Assembly (NCBI GenBank): GCA_946415665.1
Contig: CAMKTI010000001.1
Location: forward strand, 1-43,943
Direction: 5' to 3'
Source of the DNA: an uncultured Clostridia bacterium
Lineage (GTDB): Bacteria > Bacillota > Clostridia > Lachnospirales > CAMVHY01
Length of the DNA stretch: 43,943 bases
The position numbers and the translations under genes were made by a program. This document shows, piece by piece, positions 9,857 to 19,723 of this stretch (positions are counted from its first letter, which is position 1; the number at the start of each line of letters is the position of its first letter). The notes under the pieces are model-generated. The model saw nothing but the letters and a program-made list of their open reading frames with translations, searched no databases and was not told the DNA's origin.

Positions 9857-12496
9857 TTATCCCAACAAAACATTTTTTATTTCGCTTACAACTAAATTCA
9901 AATCATTAAGATTTATTCCTCCGAGCTGCGCATAATTTTTTCTTCCGCCACCATTTCCACCAAATTTATACGCCAAATTTTTTATTATCTCATTAGCATT
10001 TAAATCCAAATCATCTGTCCTACTAAAAATCAAATTAATTTTATTTTCATTTTTATTAACTAAAACAACCACACACTTTTTTAACTTATTTTTTATTTTA
10101 TCCGCGACATCTCTCAAAAATTTTAAATCAAAATCATCAAAGCTATCAAAAACAAAATTCATATTATTTATAAGCTCACATTTATCACAAATTTTTTTAG
10201 CCATCTCACTCGACAAAATATTCTCTAGTCTAGCGATTTTATTTTTATTTTTTTTATCATTATCAATAAAACTTTTAAGCTTATGCAAAAAATTATTTTT
10301 ATCGGCTTTTAATAAAACACACGCTTCCAAAATTTCTTTTTGCCTTTTATTACAAAAATCAATTGCCTTTGGCCCTGTCACAGCTTCTATTCTTCTGATT
10401 CCTGCCGAAACACCACTTTCACTAATTATTTTAAAACAATTTATTTGCGCCGTATTTTTTACATGCGTCCCGCTACATAATTCCTGACTATAATTTCCGA
10501 TTTTTACAACGCGAACAATATCTCTATATTTTTCATCAAACAAAGCCGTCGCTCCAGAATCAATCGCTTCATTAATTTCCTTTTTTTCAGTTTTAACTTC
10601 CAGACTCTCAAAAATTTTTTTATTCAATTCATTTTCAATCAACTCCAAATCTTTCTCACTCAAAACTTTTTTACATAAAAAATCAAATCTAAAATAATTT
10701 TCATCTATATAAGAACCCATTTGTTTTGTTTCATCAAATATTTTTTCTCTCAAAATCTTGTGTAACAAATGCGTCGCCGTGTGATTTCTCGCAATACAAA
10801 ATCTTTTCTCAAAATCTAATTTTAAATTCCCAGTTTGCTCTAATTTTATAAATCCGGATATTAATTTTGCTTTGTGAATATACTTATCGCCAAAAATTTT
10901 TTTGCAATCAATTATTTTTGCCTCGCCTGTTTCAGTTTTTAAAATTCCTGAATCAGAAATTTGCCCTGATTCTTCAGCAAAAAAAATTGTCTTGTCAAAA
11001 ATAATATAAAACTCTTGCTCTTCATTTCTTATTTCATTTTTAATTCCGATATCATTTTCGATCAACATCACAATTTTTGCATCACCAATCTCAAAATTTT
11101 CGTAACCTATAAATTCTGTCGCATCCAATTTTTTTATTTCTTCTTGCACTTCAATTAAAAATCCGTTTTCATTTTTATTTACTTGCGATTTTCTCGCGCG
11201 TTCTTTTTGCTTTTCAAGTTCAATTTCAAATTCCTTTTCATCAATCATAACTTCATTTTCACTCGCAAACTCTTTCATCAAATCCATATTAAAACCAAAA
11301 GTATCATGTAATTTAAAAGCTTCTTTTCCAGATATAATATTTTTTCCCTGTTCTTTCGTTTTTTCTATCAAATCCATAAAAATATTTAATCCACCCAAAA
11401 TCACATCATTAAATTTTTTTTCTTCATCCAAAATAATTTTCGCAATCTCATCTTTTTTATCAGCTAAATTTTTATAATAATCGCCAAAAATTTTTACTAC
11501 TAGCTCAATCAACTCAGCTAAAAAATTTTTCTTCTCGATATTTAAAATTTTAATCCGACAAAGTGCACGTCTAATCAATCTCCTTAAAATATATCCGCGC
11601 CCCTCATTCGAAATAAAAATATCATCTGCAATCATAAAAACCGCAGCTTTAATATGATCCGCAATAATTCTAATCGCAATATCTTTTTTTTCACTTTCCC
11701 CATAATTTATTTTCGCTCCATCGGCAATTTTATTTATTATTTCGCGCATTGTATCAATTTCAAAAATCGAATTCACATTTTGCATTACAACCGAAATTCT
11801 TTCTAAACCCATGCCCGTATCAATATTTTTTTGTTTTAATTTCGAATAGCTACCATCAGGATTTTTATTAAATTGCGTAAAAACTAAATTCCAAATTTCG
11901 ATAAACCTATCGCAATCACATCCAGGTCCACAATTTTTTTCCCCACAACCAAATTTTTCCCCACGATCAAAATAAATTTCTGAACATGGTCCGCATGGTC
12001 CTTCTCCAATTTCCCAAAAATTATCTTCTTTATCCATTTTAAAAATTTTTTTTGCGTCAATATTTTTTTGCCAAATTTCAAACGCTTCATCGTCATCTTT
12101 ATAAACCGTCACAAATAATTTTTCTTTCGGCAAATTTAAAATCTGCGTAACAAATTCCCACGCCCAATTAATTGCTTTGTCTTTAAAATAATCACCAAAC
12201 GAAAAATTTCCTAACATCTCAAAAAAAGTTGCATGCCGCGATGTTTTCCCAACGTTTTCAATATCATTTGTCCTCACACATTTTTGACAAGTTGTCACTC
12301 TAAACGACGGCGGTTTTTCTTGCCCTGAAAAATATTTTTTTAATGGCGCCATCCCTGCATTAATTAATAAAAGACTTTTGTCGTGATAATCCGGAATCAA
12401 CGAAAACGATTCCAATTTTAAATGTCCTTTACTCTCAAAAAAATTAAGATATAACTCCCGTAATTTCGATTGCGTAAAAAATAATTCGCTCGACAT
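9857..12496 (-). CDS. alaS: alanine--tRNA ligase
   Basis: Uninterrupted 879-aa ORF with ..VTTCQKCVRTNDIENVGKTSRHATFFEMLGNFSFGDYFK.., the editing-domain HTATHLLH motif and a C-terminal DHHA1-like GGNGGGR. GGAGGG RBS upstream. Confidence 0.97.
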   Translation of the reverse strand: MSSELFFTQSKLRELYLNFFESKGHLKLESFSLIPDYHDKSLLLINAGMAPLKKYFSGQEKPPSFRVTTCQKCVRTNDIENVGKTSRHATFFEMLGNFSFGDYFKDKAINWAWEFVTQILNLPKEKLFVTVYKDDDEAFEIWQKNIDAKKIFKMDKEDNFWEIGEGPCGPCSEIYFDRGEKFGCGEKNCGPGCDCDRFIEIWNLVFTQFNKNPDGSYSKLKQKNIDTGMGLERISVVMQNVNSIFEIDTMREIINKIADGAKINYGESEKKDIAIRIIADHIKAAVFMIADDIFISNEGRGYILRRLIRRALCRIKILNIEKKNFLAELIELVVKIFGDYYKNLADKKDEIAKIILDEEKKFNDVILGGLNIFMDLIEKTKEQGKNIISGKEAFKLHDTFGFNMDLMKEFASENEVMIDEKEFEIELEKQKERARKSQVNKNENGFLIEVQEEIKKLDATEFIGYENFEIGDAKIVMLIENDIGIKNEIRNEEQEFYIIFDKTIFFAEESGQISDSGILKTETGEAKIIDCKKIFGDKYIHKAKLISGFIKLEQTGNLKLDFEKRFCIARNHTATHLLHKILREKIFDETKQMGSYIDENYFRFDFLCKKVLSEKDLELIENELNKKIFESLEVKTEKKEINEAIDSGATALFDEKYRDIVRVVKIGNYSQELCSGTHVKNTAQINCFKIISESGVSAGIRRIEAVTGPKAIDFCNKRQKEILEACVLLKADKNNFLHKLKSFIDNDKKNKNKIARLENILSSEMAKKICDKCELINNMNFVFDSFDDFDLKFLRDVADKIKNKLKKCVVVLVNKNENKINLIFSRTDDLDLNANEIIKNLAYKFGGNGGGRKNYAQLGGINLNDLNLVVSEIKNVLLG

Positions 12497-12705
12497 AAAT
12501 TTCCCTCCAACAATTTTTTAAAATCATATTTTTTTTACAGGGCGTATTATATCACCGAATTTAATTTGCTTTATTTTATTTTTTAATATTTTTGCGAGCG
12601 ATTTAAATTTCCAAAAATAAATTTAAAAAAATAATAGTACGGGAGAAATAAAATCACACGAACCAAAAAAAATTTTTAAACGATGATTTATATTCAATTT
12701 TTTTT

Positions 12706-12742
12706 CAAAACAAAAAAGCAGACCAATTTTTTTTGATCTGCT
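12706..12742 (-). terminator. rho-independent terminator after the 460-aa hypothetical gene
   Basis: Stem AGCAGA(C)C / G(A)TCTGCT with a T-rich loop. On the minus strand it is followed by TTTTTTGTTTTG. Confidence 0.55.
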
Positions 12743-12782
12743 TTTTCTTTCAAACTAAAAATAAATTTTAATAACAACCCAT

Positions 12783-14165
12783 TTAAAGATTATCAATCTG
12801 ATTTAAATCTTCATTACTGTCAGATAGCAGTAAAAATTTTTTTTTCCCAGAACTCGTATCAATAATGTTATTATCAATTTCAATATCGATATCATTTCTG
12901 ACTCCAACTCCACTATTAATTTTGATTAAATTATTTTTCTCCTGGTCTATAACAATATTGTTGTTCTGATTTTCTTCTTTTATTTTTAGTTTCCATTCTT
13001 GCAATTCATTATATTGTGCTCTGCCTTTTTTAATAGTCTCAGGATCTTTAAATTTTCTTACACAATCTCTACCGTCTGCTTTATAAAAAGCATATCCTAC
13101 TTTACAAAAATAAATGATATATAAAATGCCGCGAAAAGTGATTAAAGGCAGAAAAAATAATACTTCACATACCATAAATAAGATTCTTAAACCGGTACCG
13201 ACATATTCGCAACGCCAAAAAAAAGACAACGCACAGTCAGATATAAAAGCTAAACTCATTTCATATTTTTCGGACCATATATTGAGACTCAAAAGTTTAT
13301 CAAATGTTCCATTAGCAAATATATTTACTACCGGAACAACTACTATTCCACTCTTTTTTTTATAAAATTCATTTCCTTTTTTTATTTTCACAAGATTCGA
13401 TTGTGTCACATGGTCTTTATTATTTTGATCGAGATTATTATTTGTAAAATAACAAGCTGCTCTGCAAATATTTAATTTTTCTTCCTGAGTTAGATCTATA
13501 TTTACTCCATCAAGCAAAATATTTAAACATATCTCAGGATAAGTTAATTTTGAATTACTTTTTCGCGTGTCACGCATCTTTTTATATAGCCGATTAAATT
13601 TGTCATCTGAATTTGATTCGATAGCAGATATTATATTTTCTATATTTCGGACAAGTTTTTCACAATCGTTCGCACTCATATTAAAAATTTTATCCGGAAA
13701 TAACGGTGCATATAAAAAAGTTTGAATATAATTTAAGGGAGAAAATGGCTTATCGTGATCTTTTGATTCATCTGAATCATAATTATAAAAATACTCTGGC
13801 AACATTTTTCCCGGTTTATTACATATATTTCCCAAATATTTTTCAAGATTCTTAATAAACGTTGACCCTAAATATTCCGAAAAAAAATGGTTTCGTACAC
13901 CATTTAAAAATTCTTTTTGCTTTGATTGCCCTGTACTTTCATAAATAGAGTCTATATAGCTATATAAAAAACCACTCAACACGTCTTTTAAAAAATTGTT
14001 ATCTATTTCTATTTCCATTTTTGTTTTCATAAACTCAATTAACCCATCACAATCTACTTCTTCAAATTTCTGCCCAAATTCTTCTTTTGTTTCTGGTAGT
14101 TTACCTTTAAAAACACTCTGCATTTTATTTTTAAATTCATCAAATTCACCATCGAAGTCATGCAA
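12783..14165 (-). CDS. hypothetical membrane-anchored protein (no recognisable family)
   Basis: Uninterrupted 460-aa ORF. A hydrophobic block ..LAFISDCALSFFW..GLRILFMVCEVLFFLPLITFRGILYIIYFCKVGYAFY lies about 300-360 aa in, followed by an N/I/D-rich tail. It sits 12 nt downstream of the 504-aa ORF, so the two are a likely operon. Confidence 0.6.
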   Translation of the reverse strand: MHDFDGEFDEFKNKMQSVFKGKLPETKEEFGQKFEEVDCDGLIEFMKTKMEIEIDNNFLKDVLSGFLYSYIDSIYESTGQSKQKEFLNGVRNHFFSEYLGSTFIKNLEKYLGNICNKPGKMLPEYFYNYDSDESKDHDKPFSPLNYIQTFLYAPLFPDKIFNMSANDCEKLVRNIENIISAIESNSDDKFNRLYKKMRDTRKSNSKLTYPEICLNILLDGVNIDLTQEEKLNICRAACYFTNNNLDQNNKDHVTQSNLVKIKKGNEFYKKKSGIVVVPVVNIFANGTFDKLLSLNIWSEKYEMSLAFISDCALSFFWRCEYVGTGLRILFMVCEVLFFLPLITFRGILYIIYFCKVGYAFYKADGRDCVRKFKDPETIKKGRAQYNELQEWKLKIKEENQNNNIVIDQEKNNLIKINSGVGVRNDIDIEIDNNIIDTSSGKKKFLLLSDSNEDLNQIDNL

Positions 14166-14177
14166 TGTTGCAGATGT

Positions 14178-15692
14178 TTATAAATCTGCTTTTCCATAAT
14201 CAAAATATTTATTTCCTAAGCACAAATCACCATCTCTCAATCCTGACATTACATTAAACCTTATACCTGAAAAAAAATCTTTACTGTGATTAGAGTATTC
14301 GTCTTTTATCTTATAGATAGCTGATGTATTGTTTCTTTCGTTGCCTTTTACATTACTAAAATAGTATTTTAACCTTTTTTTAACAGCTGTTTTCATCAAA
14401 AAAATAAAATTATCCAGATTTTGAATACGATTTTCATTTCTAGCTGCGTTACATATATTATTTATTATTTCATCTATTTCATAATCAATTTTGGATTTAT
14501 TATCTTTAGTATTATAACTTCTGATTGAGTCGAACGTATTGAATGTCATTATATAATTAAGATCATCAATAAATTTATCCACATAATTTTTTAATTCCTT
14601 TTCCTTTTCCGAATTCATTCTTTTAATACGAGCAAGAATTTTTTCATTTGCAGAGTCAAAATATTTATCAACACAGATACTTTCTTCAACTTTAATATTA
14701 CCGTTTTCATTTATTACATTATACGTGTTTTCATCCAAAAACAATTTCAATACTCTTTCGGTTATTTTCTTGCCATGCTCATTCAATACTGAACCACTAC
14801 TTATAAATCCCTCTGCATATGGCCGAGTTTGATTACAAGAAACTTTATCGAGTAAATAGTTTATTGTATCAGGGGCAATTCCTCCGATATGGTAGCGTGA
14901 CAAACCTTTACTAAAGAATGGTAATTTTTTATTAAAAAGCGAAAATAAGTCGTGCTTTTTATCGTCAATATCACATCTATCTCCACTGCCTTTTCCACGC
15001 ACAGCCATATTAAAAAATTGTATTTCATTTTTATCATGTTCAGTCAAAATTCTAGCGTTGTTATACAAATCGTTTCGCTGGTCAGAAAGTAAATTTTTAA
15101 TATCATACTTTGTTATCCCTATCTTTTGCAACGCACATTCCCATTCCATTCGATGTACCATATCTTGCAAGGATTTAAAAAATTTTTCTGGTACGGACAG
15201 ATCTGTAATTGTGGCACAATCTTTATATTGTTCTTGATATATCTCATCTGACCTACAAGTATTATCCGGCGAACAACTTAATATAGATGTTTCATCTTCG
15301 AAAACATTAAAAGATGTACAAATCTGAATTCCTGGAGTTTCAAAACGATTTCCATCTTTATCTTCCAAAACAACCATATGATCATTTTCTGTCGGCACAA
15401 AATTTTTAATCACTGCGGTTAGTCTATCTGCACGCCATCTTGTAAAGCCCTTTATGTACTCTATACAATTACTATAATCCGTTTGGTCTGATTGTTTAGA
15501 TAAAAAATTTAATAATTCAAGTATACACACCAAATTATTAAAATATTTTTCTCCGTTTATTTTATCATTCAGCATCTCCAGTATTTTTGAATCTAACTCA
15601 CCTTCATTAGAAAATATTTTTTCATATTCATCAAACAAACTTTTTTTACCCTTATTTGAAAATATTTTTTCTATTGCAGCGTTGTCACGCAT
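14178..15692 (-). CDS. hypothetical soluble protein (no recognisable family)
   Basis: Uninterrupted 504-aa ORF with no signal peptide or TM segment seen. GGAGGT-like RBS upstream (revcomp of 15700-15706). I recognise no motif. Confidence 0.6.
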   Translation of the reverse strand: MRDNAAIEKIFSNKGKKSLFDEYEKIFSNEGELDSKILEMLNDKINGEKYFNNLVCILELLNFLSKQSDQTDYSNCIEYIKGFTRWRADRLTAVIKNFVPTENDHMVVLEDKDGNRFETPGIQICTSFNVFEDETSILSCSPDNTCRSDEIYQEQYKDCATITDLSVPEKFFKSLQDMVHRMEWECALQKIGITKYDIKNLLSDQRNDLYNNARILTEHDKNEIQFFNMAVRGKGSGDRCDIDDKKHDLFSLFNKKLPFFSKGLSRYHIGGIAPDTINYLLDKVSCNQTRPYAEGFISSGSVLNEHGKKITERVLKLFLDENTYNVINENGNIKVEESICVDKYFDSANEKILARIKRMNSEKEKELKNYVDKFIDDLNYIMTFNTFDSIRSYNTKDNKSKIDYEIDEIINNICNAARNENRIQNLDNFIFLMKTAVKKRLKYYFSNVKGNERNNTSAIYKIKDEYSNHSKDFFSGIRFNVMSGLRDGDLCLGNKYFDYGKADL

Positions 15693-15898
15693 ATCAATGT
15701 TACCTCCATTAACTTCTAAAATTAATTTTTTTCTATTTTTGAATGATAAAACAAAATTTTTTATTTGTCAAGTGGCAATTCAAATATTTTTATAAAAAAA
15801 TTATTTTTTTGATATACAAATCAAATAAACTGTATTTTTTATCCGCGACATTTATTTATTTATTTTTCATTCGTTTGGCATAAAATATTTTTTAACTC

Positions 15899-15937
15899 AA
15901 AAAAAAAATCTGCTGCGATAAATTACTCACAACAGAT
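15899..15937 (-). terminator. rho-independent terminator after hpf
   Basis: The minus-strand transcript forms ATCTGTTG..CAGCAGAT (8 bp including one G-U pair) with a 14-nt loop, followed by a T9 run. Confidence 0.65.
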
Positions 15938-15978
15938 TTTTACTTTTGGCAAATTATTATTTTTGATTTATTTATTAC

Positions 15979-16536
15979 CTAAATCTTTGGCTCAATTAAT
16001 CCATACGAACCATTTTTTCGCTTATAAACAACATTTACCTCGTTAGTCAAACTATTTAAGAAAACATAAAAACTATGTCCAATTAATTCAAGTTCCATAA
16101 CGGCTTCTTCTGGATCCATTGGTTTTACTGCAAAAGATTTTATACGCTCAATATTTACAACCGTTTCTTCATCTAAATTATTATCACTTTCACTTATAGC
16201 AAACGACAAATTCGATTCTTCAGCAAAACTCGAATTTTTTTTAGACAAACGATTTAATCTTTCTTTATATCTTCGCATTTGCTTTCTCAAAATATCAACT
16301 ATTTCATCAATCGCTGCTTTCATATCCTGATCACTCGTTGCTTCTGCGTGTACAATTCTTTTTTTCAAATACATCGTTACTTCAACTTTTTTCTCAAAAC
16401 CAATCTCAATAAAACGGACGTTTATTTTACATTCGCCTGTTAATAATCTTCCAACATGATTTTTTATTTTATCCACAGCAAAATTTTTTATCTCGTCATT
16501 CATATCAAAATTTTGACTGACAAAATTAAATTTCAT
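15979..16536 (-). CDS. hpf: ribosome hibernation-promoting factor, long form
   Basis: N-terminal sigma-54-modulation/S30EA fold sequence (MKFNFVSQNFDMNDEIKNF..VEVTM..) plus the C-terminal dimerisation domain ..VKPMDPEEAVMELELIGHSFYVFLN..VNVVYKRKNGSYGLIEP. A GGAGG 8 nt upstream favours ATG 16536 over the track start at 16551. Confidence 0.9.
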   Translation of the reverse strand: MKFNFVSQNFDMNDEIKNFAVDKIKNHVGRLLTGECKINVRFIEIGFEKKVEVTMYLKKRIVHAEATSDQDMKAAIDEIVDILRKQMRRYKERLNRLSKKNSSFAEESNLSFAISESDNNLDEETVVNIERIKSFAVKPMDPEEAVMELELIGHSFYVFLNSLTNEVNVVYKRKNGSYGLIEPKI

Positions 16537-16632
16537 TACAAATTCCTCCAAAAAAATAACTATTTAAGCTTTATAAAAAGCTAAACCAATTTAACTGCAA
16601 ACGGTTTTAAAAATCAAATAAATCTTTTTTTA

Positions 16633-17448
16633 TCAACTAATAATTAATTCTTGTCCCTCTTTTAAATTTTCACTAGACAAACGATTAGCATCAATAATTT
16701 TATGATAAGAATTTTTATTGCCATAAAATTTTTGGCTAATACTCGATAAAGTATCTCCACGCTGAACAATATATTTTTTTATATTATTTTCAGCAGCAAT
16801 TAAATTTTGCGTCTGGGCTATATTTTCTTGACTAGTATTATTATTTTGATTGCCAAGTTCTTCTATTATTTTTTTCATGTTTTCATTTTCACTCAAAGCT
16901 ATTTCTAATTGCTTTTTAATATTTTTATTTTCGCTTATTTCTAGCGCCATTAAATCAATATTTTTATTTAGTACTTTAATTTTATATAGCAAAACAACTG
17001 TGATACATAAAAAAATAATTATTAACGAGTTTAAAAATATTTTTCCAAAGCTAATTTTAACTTTTTTATGATTTTTAACTCCAAAGTCAAAATCTTGTGA
17101 TTCCGACATATCATCAAAAAAAGAATCTATTTCTTTTTTACTTACCGTGCAATCAAATATTTTGTTTTCGTTCGTCTCAATAACATTTTTATCCGGTGTT
17201 TTTTGTATTTTTATATCTTCTGATTCAGATGATAAAAATAATTTTTTGACTGAAACTGGCACTGATTCTTCTCGATAAAATCTCATAGTATCATCTAAAT
17301 TTTTGCCATCAGATTTTTTTTTAAAGTCATTTTTGTCATAAACACTATTACTATATTCTTTTATAAACTCTTTATATGTGTTTTGATTTTTTTTTGCATT
17401 GTCATGACCGTTATTTAAATCAAAGTTATTTATATCTGTTCCACTCAT
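16633..17448 (-). CDS. LysM domain-containing membrane protein
   Basis: C-terminal LysM motif YIVQRGDTLSSISQKFYGNKNSYHKIIDAN.L..NLKEGQELII, a central TM segment (IFLNSLIIIFLCITVVLLY), then a coiled-coil-like stretch. Confidence 0.8.
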   Translation of the reverse strand: MSGTDINNFDLNNGHDNAKKNQNTYKEFIKEYSNSVYDKNDFKKKSDGKNLDDTMRFYREESVPVSVKKLFLSSESEDIKIQKTPDKNVIETNENKIFDCTVSKKEIDSFFDDMSESQDFDFGVKNHKKVKISFGKIFLNSLIIIFLCITVVLLYKIKVLNKNIDLMALEISENKNIKKQLEIALSENENMKKIIEELGNQNNNTSQENIAQTQNLIAAENNIKKYIVQRGDTLSSISQKFYGNKNSYHKIIDANRLSSENLKEGQELIIS

Positions 17449-17702
17449 TATTTTTTAATCACTCCAAATATATTTTTAGGTTTATTTTAATTATGATGTC
17501 TAAATATGTCAATAAAAAAATAGGTTAACTCCAAATAGAAATATTTGTCAGCAAAACATTTTTATATTCCACATTAAAAAGCAAAAAACAAAAATAAAGG
17601 CGCTGTCATACAAAAAATTGTTTTTACGCCTTTATTTATCTTTTATCCATCTTTATTTTAGTTGCAAACTGTTTTCATAATTAAATTTAATTTTGATCTA
17701 GG

Positions 17703-17960
17703 CAGCGTTCAAATAAAAAACAAATTAAAAATAAAAGCACAAGAAACATCAAAAATAAAAATAGAATCAAGTTTATCATAACGAATAAAAACTTTTCTAA
17801 ATCCTTTCAATCGGAGATCGTTCGATATTGTTGTGTTGTTTATAAAGTTGTTTATCGTAGAACCAAGGGATTTTACGATTTTGTTTATATAGAAACAACT
17901 CTTCAATTTTTTTCTAACCTATAGTCGTTTTCCGTGATCCAATATTATAGCTTTAGATAG
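17703..17960 (-). mobile_element. IS5-family remnant, copy 2 (3' end only)
   Basis: The minus strand reads ..NRKIPWFYDKQLYKQ..(shift)..LKGFRKVFIRYDKLDSIFIF..FIFNLFFI and ends ..TTTGAACGCTGCC/TAG. It is homologous to the 3' ends of the copies at 146-645 and 22408-23263. Confidence 0.65.
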
Positions 17961-18139
17961 TATCGACAAAAACGAGGAAAAATTAAAGAAAGTAACAAAG
18001 CAATAAATGATAAATAGGAAGTGAAGCATTTAATCCAACGCTATTTAATCCGCTCTTTAATACGAGTCATCACTAAATCATCGCTTGTCAAGCGAAAAAA
18101 AAATTTCATAAGCTTGGTTTTATTACTAAAAATCAAAAC

Positions 18140-18660
18140 TCAATATTCATGGTAAAAAAAAACTTTTTGTTTGTCGAGTAGCAAACAAAATTTTTTTAGA
18201 GAGAATAATTTGAGAAAAAAGCGAGTGGTAACAAAAAAATTAAAGAGAAGCAAGAAACATGGAAATAGTACGAACAAAAAAAAAGCACGGAAGGCAACCG
18301 AAGTTTTAAAATAATGGGTAGCGACACCGCGCCAACGCTTGAATTTCAAAAATGTATTTTCGATAATACGTCACAAACAATATAAATCAGAATCAAAATT
18401 TCGTTTGGATTTCCGATCGGACTTTGGTGTGATAACTGTTTTAATGCCAAGTTTCTCAGCGTAATTAATAATTGAATTTGTATCATAAACCGGATCCACA
18501 AACAAAGTACTAAGCTTAATTGCTTTTATTAAATTCAGTGAAACTTTTGCGCAACCTATATTCTGGTTGCCTCCTTTCGCCACTGTTGCATGTAATATGC
18601 ACCTTTATATGGTTTGAATCTATCATTGCTACAACATTTTTTAATCCCGCTCTTTTCTTT
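18140..18660 (-). mobile_element. remnant of a second, different IS5-family-type transposase gene
   Basis: The minus strand reads ..IDSNHIKVH..AKGGNQNIG..VDPVYDTNSIINYAEKLGIKTVITPKSDRKSKRNFDSDLY..*RIIENTFLKFKRWRGVATHYFKTSVAFRAFF. The D..YD..I and Y...N.IEN.F...K.WRG.ATRY.K motifs are broken by stops and shifts. Confidence 0.55.
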
Positions 18661-18997
18661 TATGTGATCTTTTATTTTTTTCCCACCATTCATCTCTTAC
18701 ATCATTTTTTCTATAGCTTCTTTCTCCATTTTTCTTCTTCATTTTATTTTCTTCTCTCTTTCATTCATTTTTTATCCACTTATATTATATATCTTCTAAT
18801 TTTGTCGACATTATCTAACAGTCTTTTTTTAAATATTTTTTTTCCCAGTAATCACGCCAAGCTTATTTCGTTTCGTTGCTACATGTTTATTCTATTTATT
18901 TTTGATTTTGATTTTTTTTACATAAAAAAATCCCCGAAAATAAAATTTACTTTTGGTGATAAAACAATCTACAGCTCAAATTCAGACCTTGTTTTAT

Positions 18998-19723
18998 TTA
19001 ATTATTTTCATTTGACAGCTTTTCATTTTCATACATTACCAATTCTGCTTCCACAATTATTCTTTGATAATTTTGAGGATACGGGTGGCATGATATTAAA
19101 TACAATTTCGTTTTGCCTTCTTCGCGCATAAATTTATTCCAATCTGTTGGCTCAATGACTTCCTGCCCTATAACTTTATAACAAAAAATTTGTTCCTTAG
19201 TTGTTATTTTTATTTCATCATCTTTTTGCAGTTTATCGATATTAAGAAAAGACTGATCACCGTTTTGTCCACCTCTGTGTCCTGCCAATACTGTCATTTT
19301 ATTTTTTTCATTACTAATTAAATCACTTTCCTCTAAGATTCCAACTCCTGCCGACAATGATTTTTTGCTTGTGTCATTAAATATTGGCAAGACAACATCA
19401 ATTTTATTTATACGCAAAATGCCAACAATCGAATCCTCAAATGCGTTCCAAATTTCATTATCACTTAAAATATTATCACCATTATCACCTTGTTCTGTCG
19501 CATTAATACTTTCTATATTCTCTTGCGTTATATCACTTTCGCGATTGACAATAATTTCTTGTTCAAATTTTTTTTCTAGCTGGGTAATTTTTATTTTCCG
19601 TTTAAACGCATTTAAATTAACAAAATACATAAATATTAACGAAATAACTATTAAGATAATTCCTGTAAACATAAATATTCTGCCTGTATTTTTTTTTCGC
19701 GTGCTATTAGTTTTTTTAGTCAT
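18998..19723 (-). CDS. sortase (membrane-anchored transpeptidase)
   Basis: N-terminal TM segment (IFMFTGIILIVISLIFMYF), ..TVLAGHRGG.. and the catalytic-Cys motif ..TKLYLISCHPY... Its start overlaps the upstream LPXTG gene by 8 nt. Confidence 0.85.
   Translation of the reverse strand: MTKKTNSTRKKNTGRIFMFTGIILIVISLIFMYFVNLNAFKRKIKITQLEKKFEQEIIVNRESDITQENIESINATEQGDNGDNILSDNEIWNAFEDSIVGILRINKIDVVLPIFNDTSKKSLSAGVGILEESDLISNEKNKMTVLAGHRGGQNGDQSFLNIDKLQKDDEIKITTKEQIFCYKVIGQEVIEPTDWNKFMREEGKTKLYLISCHPYPQNYQRIIVEAELVMYENEKLSNENN

Noticed and set aside
12497-12782. Possible T-box leader upstream of alaS.
   Set aside because: I looked on the minus strand for the conserved T-box sequence (..GGUGGUACCGCG..) and a specifier/antiterminator arrangement and found none. 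The only hairpin there belongs to the upstream gene's terminator.
17593-17636. 10-bp inverted repeat AATAAAGGCG..CGCCTTTATT upstream of the LysM gene, as a terminator or regulatory hairpin.
   Set aside because: The 24-nt loop is long for an intrinsic terminator, and the repeat lies between an IS remnant and a gene start. No function can be assigned from sequence alone.
18520-19131. 203-aa ORF on the + strand, rich in F/L/I/S.
   Set aside because: It is a low-complexity translation of a pyrimidine-rich strand. It overlaps the IS remnant and the sortase gene on the opposite strand, and has no RBS or motif.
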